A stretch of DNA of 64,000 bases from Candidatus Woesearchaeota archaeon (GTDB lineage Archaea > Nanobdellota > Nanobdellia > Woesearchaeales > GW2011-AR9): positions 12,979 to 76,978 of the forward strand of contig JAZDQB010000013.1 of assembly GCA_043797205.1 (NCBI GenBank), in the 5' to 3' direction. Under the pieces are notes generated by a model. That model was not told the origin of the DNA. It did not search any database and worked only from the letters and a program-made list of their open reading frames with translations. Numbering within the stretch: the stretch's first letter is position 1; every line of letters begins with the position of its first letter. The translations under genes were made by a program, and so were the position numbers. Shown here piece by piece: positions 63,218-64,000 of the stretch.

Positions 63218-63679
63218 ATGCCCACAAAAATGTCCCGTTTCGGTATCGGACCGTGGTTTGCTACACTTTCTATAATTTATACTTTAATCGTTCTGGGAGT
63301 AAGTCATTTCTTTTTACCGCTGCAATTCTATTTAGTATCTCTTATCGTAAATTATGTTTTAGGAGCAATCTTAATATTTTTTGGATTAGTTTTCTTCTTT
63401 CTTTCTGCTTATCAGTTGCATAGAAATTTTAATTCCGAAAAATTGCAAACTAAAGGAGCCTATGCTTTTATGCGTCATCCCATTTACGGAACGTGGATTG
63501 TATTTATCGTCCCGGGATTAGTTCTAATTTTTCCTTATTTACTGGGAATTACGATTCCGTTTGTGATGTATGGGATATTCCGCTTGCTGATTGTGAAAGA
63601 AGAAAAGTACCTTCTTAAACGGTTTGGGAAGAAGTATTTAGAATATAGCAAAAAAGTTCACCGTGTTTTTCCGTTCTGA
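63218..63679 (+). CDS. Isoprenylcysteine carboxyl methyltransferase (ICMT)/phospholipid methyltransferase family membrane protein
   Basis: LQTKGAYAFMRHPIYGTWIV and EEKYLLKRFGKKYLEY. Confidence 0.75.
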   Translation: MPTKMSRFGIGPWFATLSIIYTLIVLGVSHFFLPLQFYLVSLIVNYVLGAILIFFGLVFFFLSAYQLHRNFNSEKLQTKGAYAFMRHPIYGTWIVFIVPGLVLIFPYLLGITIPFVMYGIFRLLIVKEEKYLLKRFGKKYLEYSKKVHRVFPF

Positions 63680-63685
63680 GAACGA

Positions 63686-63810
63686 ATTTGTTTAGCATCT
63701 TCGAAATCTTTGCTGTGCTATTGTGGTAGCCGCATCCCCGTAAGGGACTACCCCCTGCGGCTGTAATAAGCATTTATAGAGAGATTTCGACCTGATGATG
63801 CTAAACAAAT
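63686..63810. ncRNA. Structured element C3 (about 125-nt long hairpin) with an apical M-module, between convergent genes
   Basis: ATTTGTTTAGCATC/GATGCTAAACAAAT. UCGAAAUCU/AGAUUUCGA. AGCCGCA/UGCGGCU enclosing UCCCCGUAAGGGACUACCCCC. Confidence 0.45.
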
Positions 63811-63819
63811 ATATAAAAA

Positions 63820-64000
63820 TTATTTCTCTTCTTCCTGTACCACTTCAATCTTCGGGGCAGGCAATAACGCTTCTTCAAACTGCTGGAACATATACCGAGG
63901 CAGATACGTTCTTTCATAATATTGGTAGAATTCAATAATATTAAAGTATTCAATCAAGTCCTTAAATTCTTCTCTCAACTGAGAAATAACGTGCTTAACT
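63820..64000 (-). CDS. Hypothetical protein, C-terminal fragment (5' part beyond the window end)
   Basis: Own translation ...VKHVISQLREEFKDLIEYFNIIEFYQYYERTYLPRYMFQQFEEALLPAPKIEVVQEEEK*. Confidence 0.5.
   Translation of the reverse strand, partial: VKHVISQLREEFKDLIEYFNIIEFYQYYERTYLPRYMFQQFEEALLPAPKIEVVQEEEK

Noticed and set aside
63686-63810. Hammerhead ribozyme or box C/D sRNA in C3, because of CCUGAUGAUGC and CGAAA.
   Set aside because: GAAA is not adjacent to the helix paired with the CUGAUGA-proximal strand (5 extra nt, and no UH site in register). UGAUGA lies at the 3' rather than the 5' end and has no separate D box. The core geometry fails for both models.
1-64000. CRISPR arrays, rRNA genes, IS elements or transposases.
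   Set aside because: Reading both strands, I saw no direct-repeat/spacer periodicity, no rRNA-like conserved blocks and no transposase or integrase motifs. An exhaustive scan was not possible without tools.

Overview
The window looks like an AT-rich archaeal chromosome fragment with GC-rich islands only at structured RNAs. By inference it comes from a small-genome, episymbiont-like (DPANN-type) archaeon. Support: archaeal-specific genes (GatE, eL15, uL11, archease, deoxyhypusine synthase, short archaeal TIM, Cdc48/VAT, SRP RNA), TATA boxes about 25 nt upstream of ATGs or RNA 5' ends, intron-rich tRNAs, and many secreted or giant surface proteins. I found no rRNA, CRISPR array, integrase or transposase. 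Main content, in order: (1) an HTH-iscS-iscU operon whose iscU is split by a LAGLIDADG intein that runs off the 5' edge. (2) DNA-repair and housekeeping genes. (3) A cluster of three tRNA genes carrying eight inserts, with a T-loop insert at the same position in all three, and a free-standing LAGLIDADG homing endonuclease between two of them. (4) A 2107-aa FG-GAP/beta-helix surface protein. (5) A type-IV-pilin-like locus with prepilin peptidase, two paralogous pilins and an 899-aa PLC-like Cys-repeat exoprotein. (6) Two divergent SLT-type lytic transglycosylases. (7) SRP RNA. (8) A 1011-aa Cdc48 with coiled-coil insertions. (9) A tightly coupled five-gene operon of unknown secreted or membrane proteins. 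(10) pyrC-pyrD, tatD and an ICMT-family gene. The least explained signal is a family of long intergenic hairpin RNAs or elements (14.0, 51.7-52.0 and 63.7 kb). They share a roughly 25-nt C-run/GUAR/G-run/C-run module enclosed by stems of different sequence. A separate 34-nt internal-loop hairpin occurs twice with a compensatory base-pair change. All calls rest on reading motifs and folding by eye; no database or covariance search was possible. RNA boundaries are approximate.
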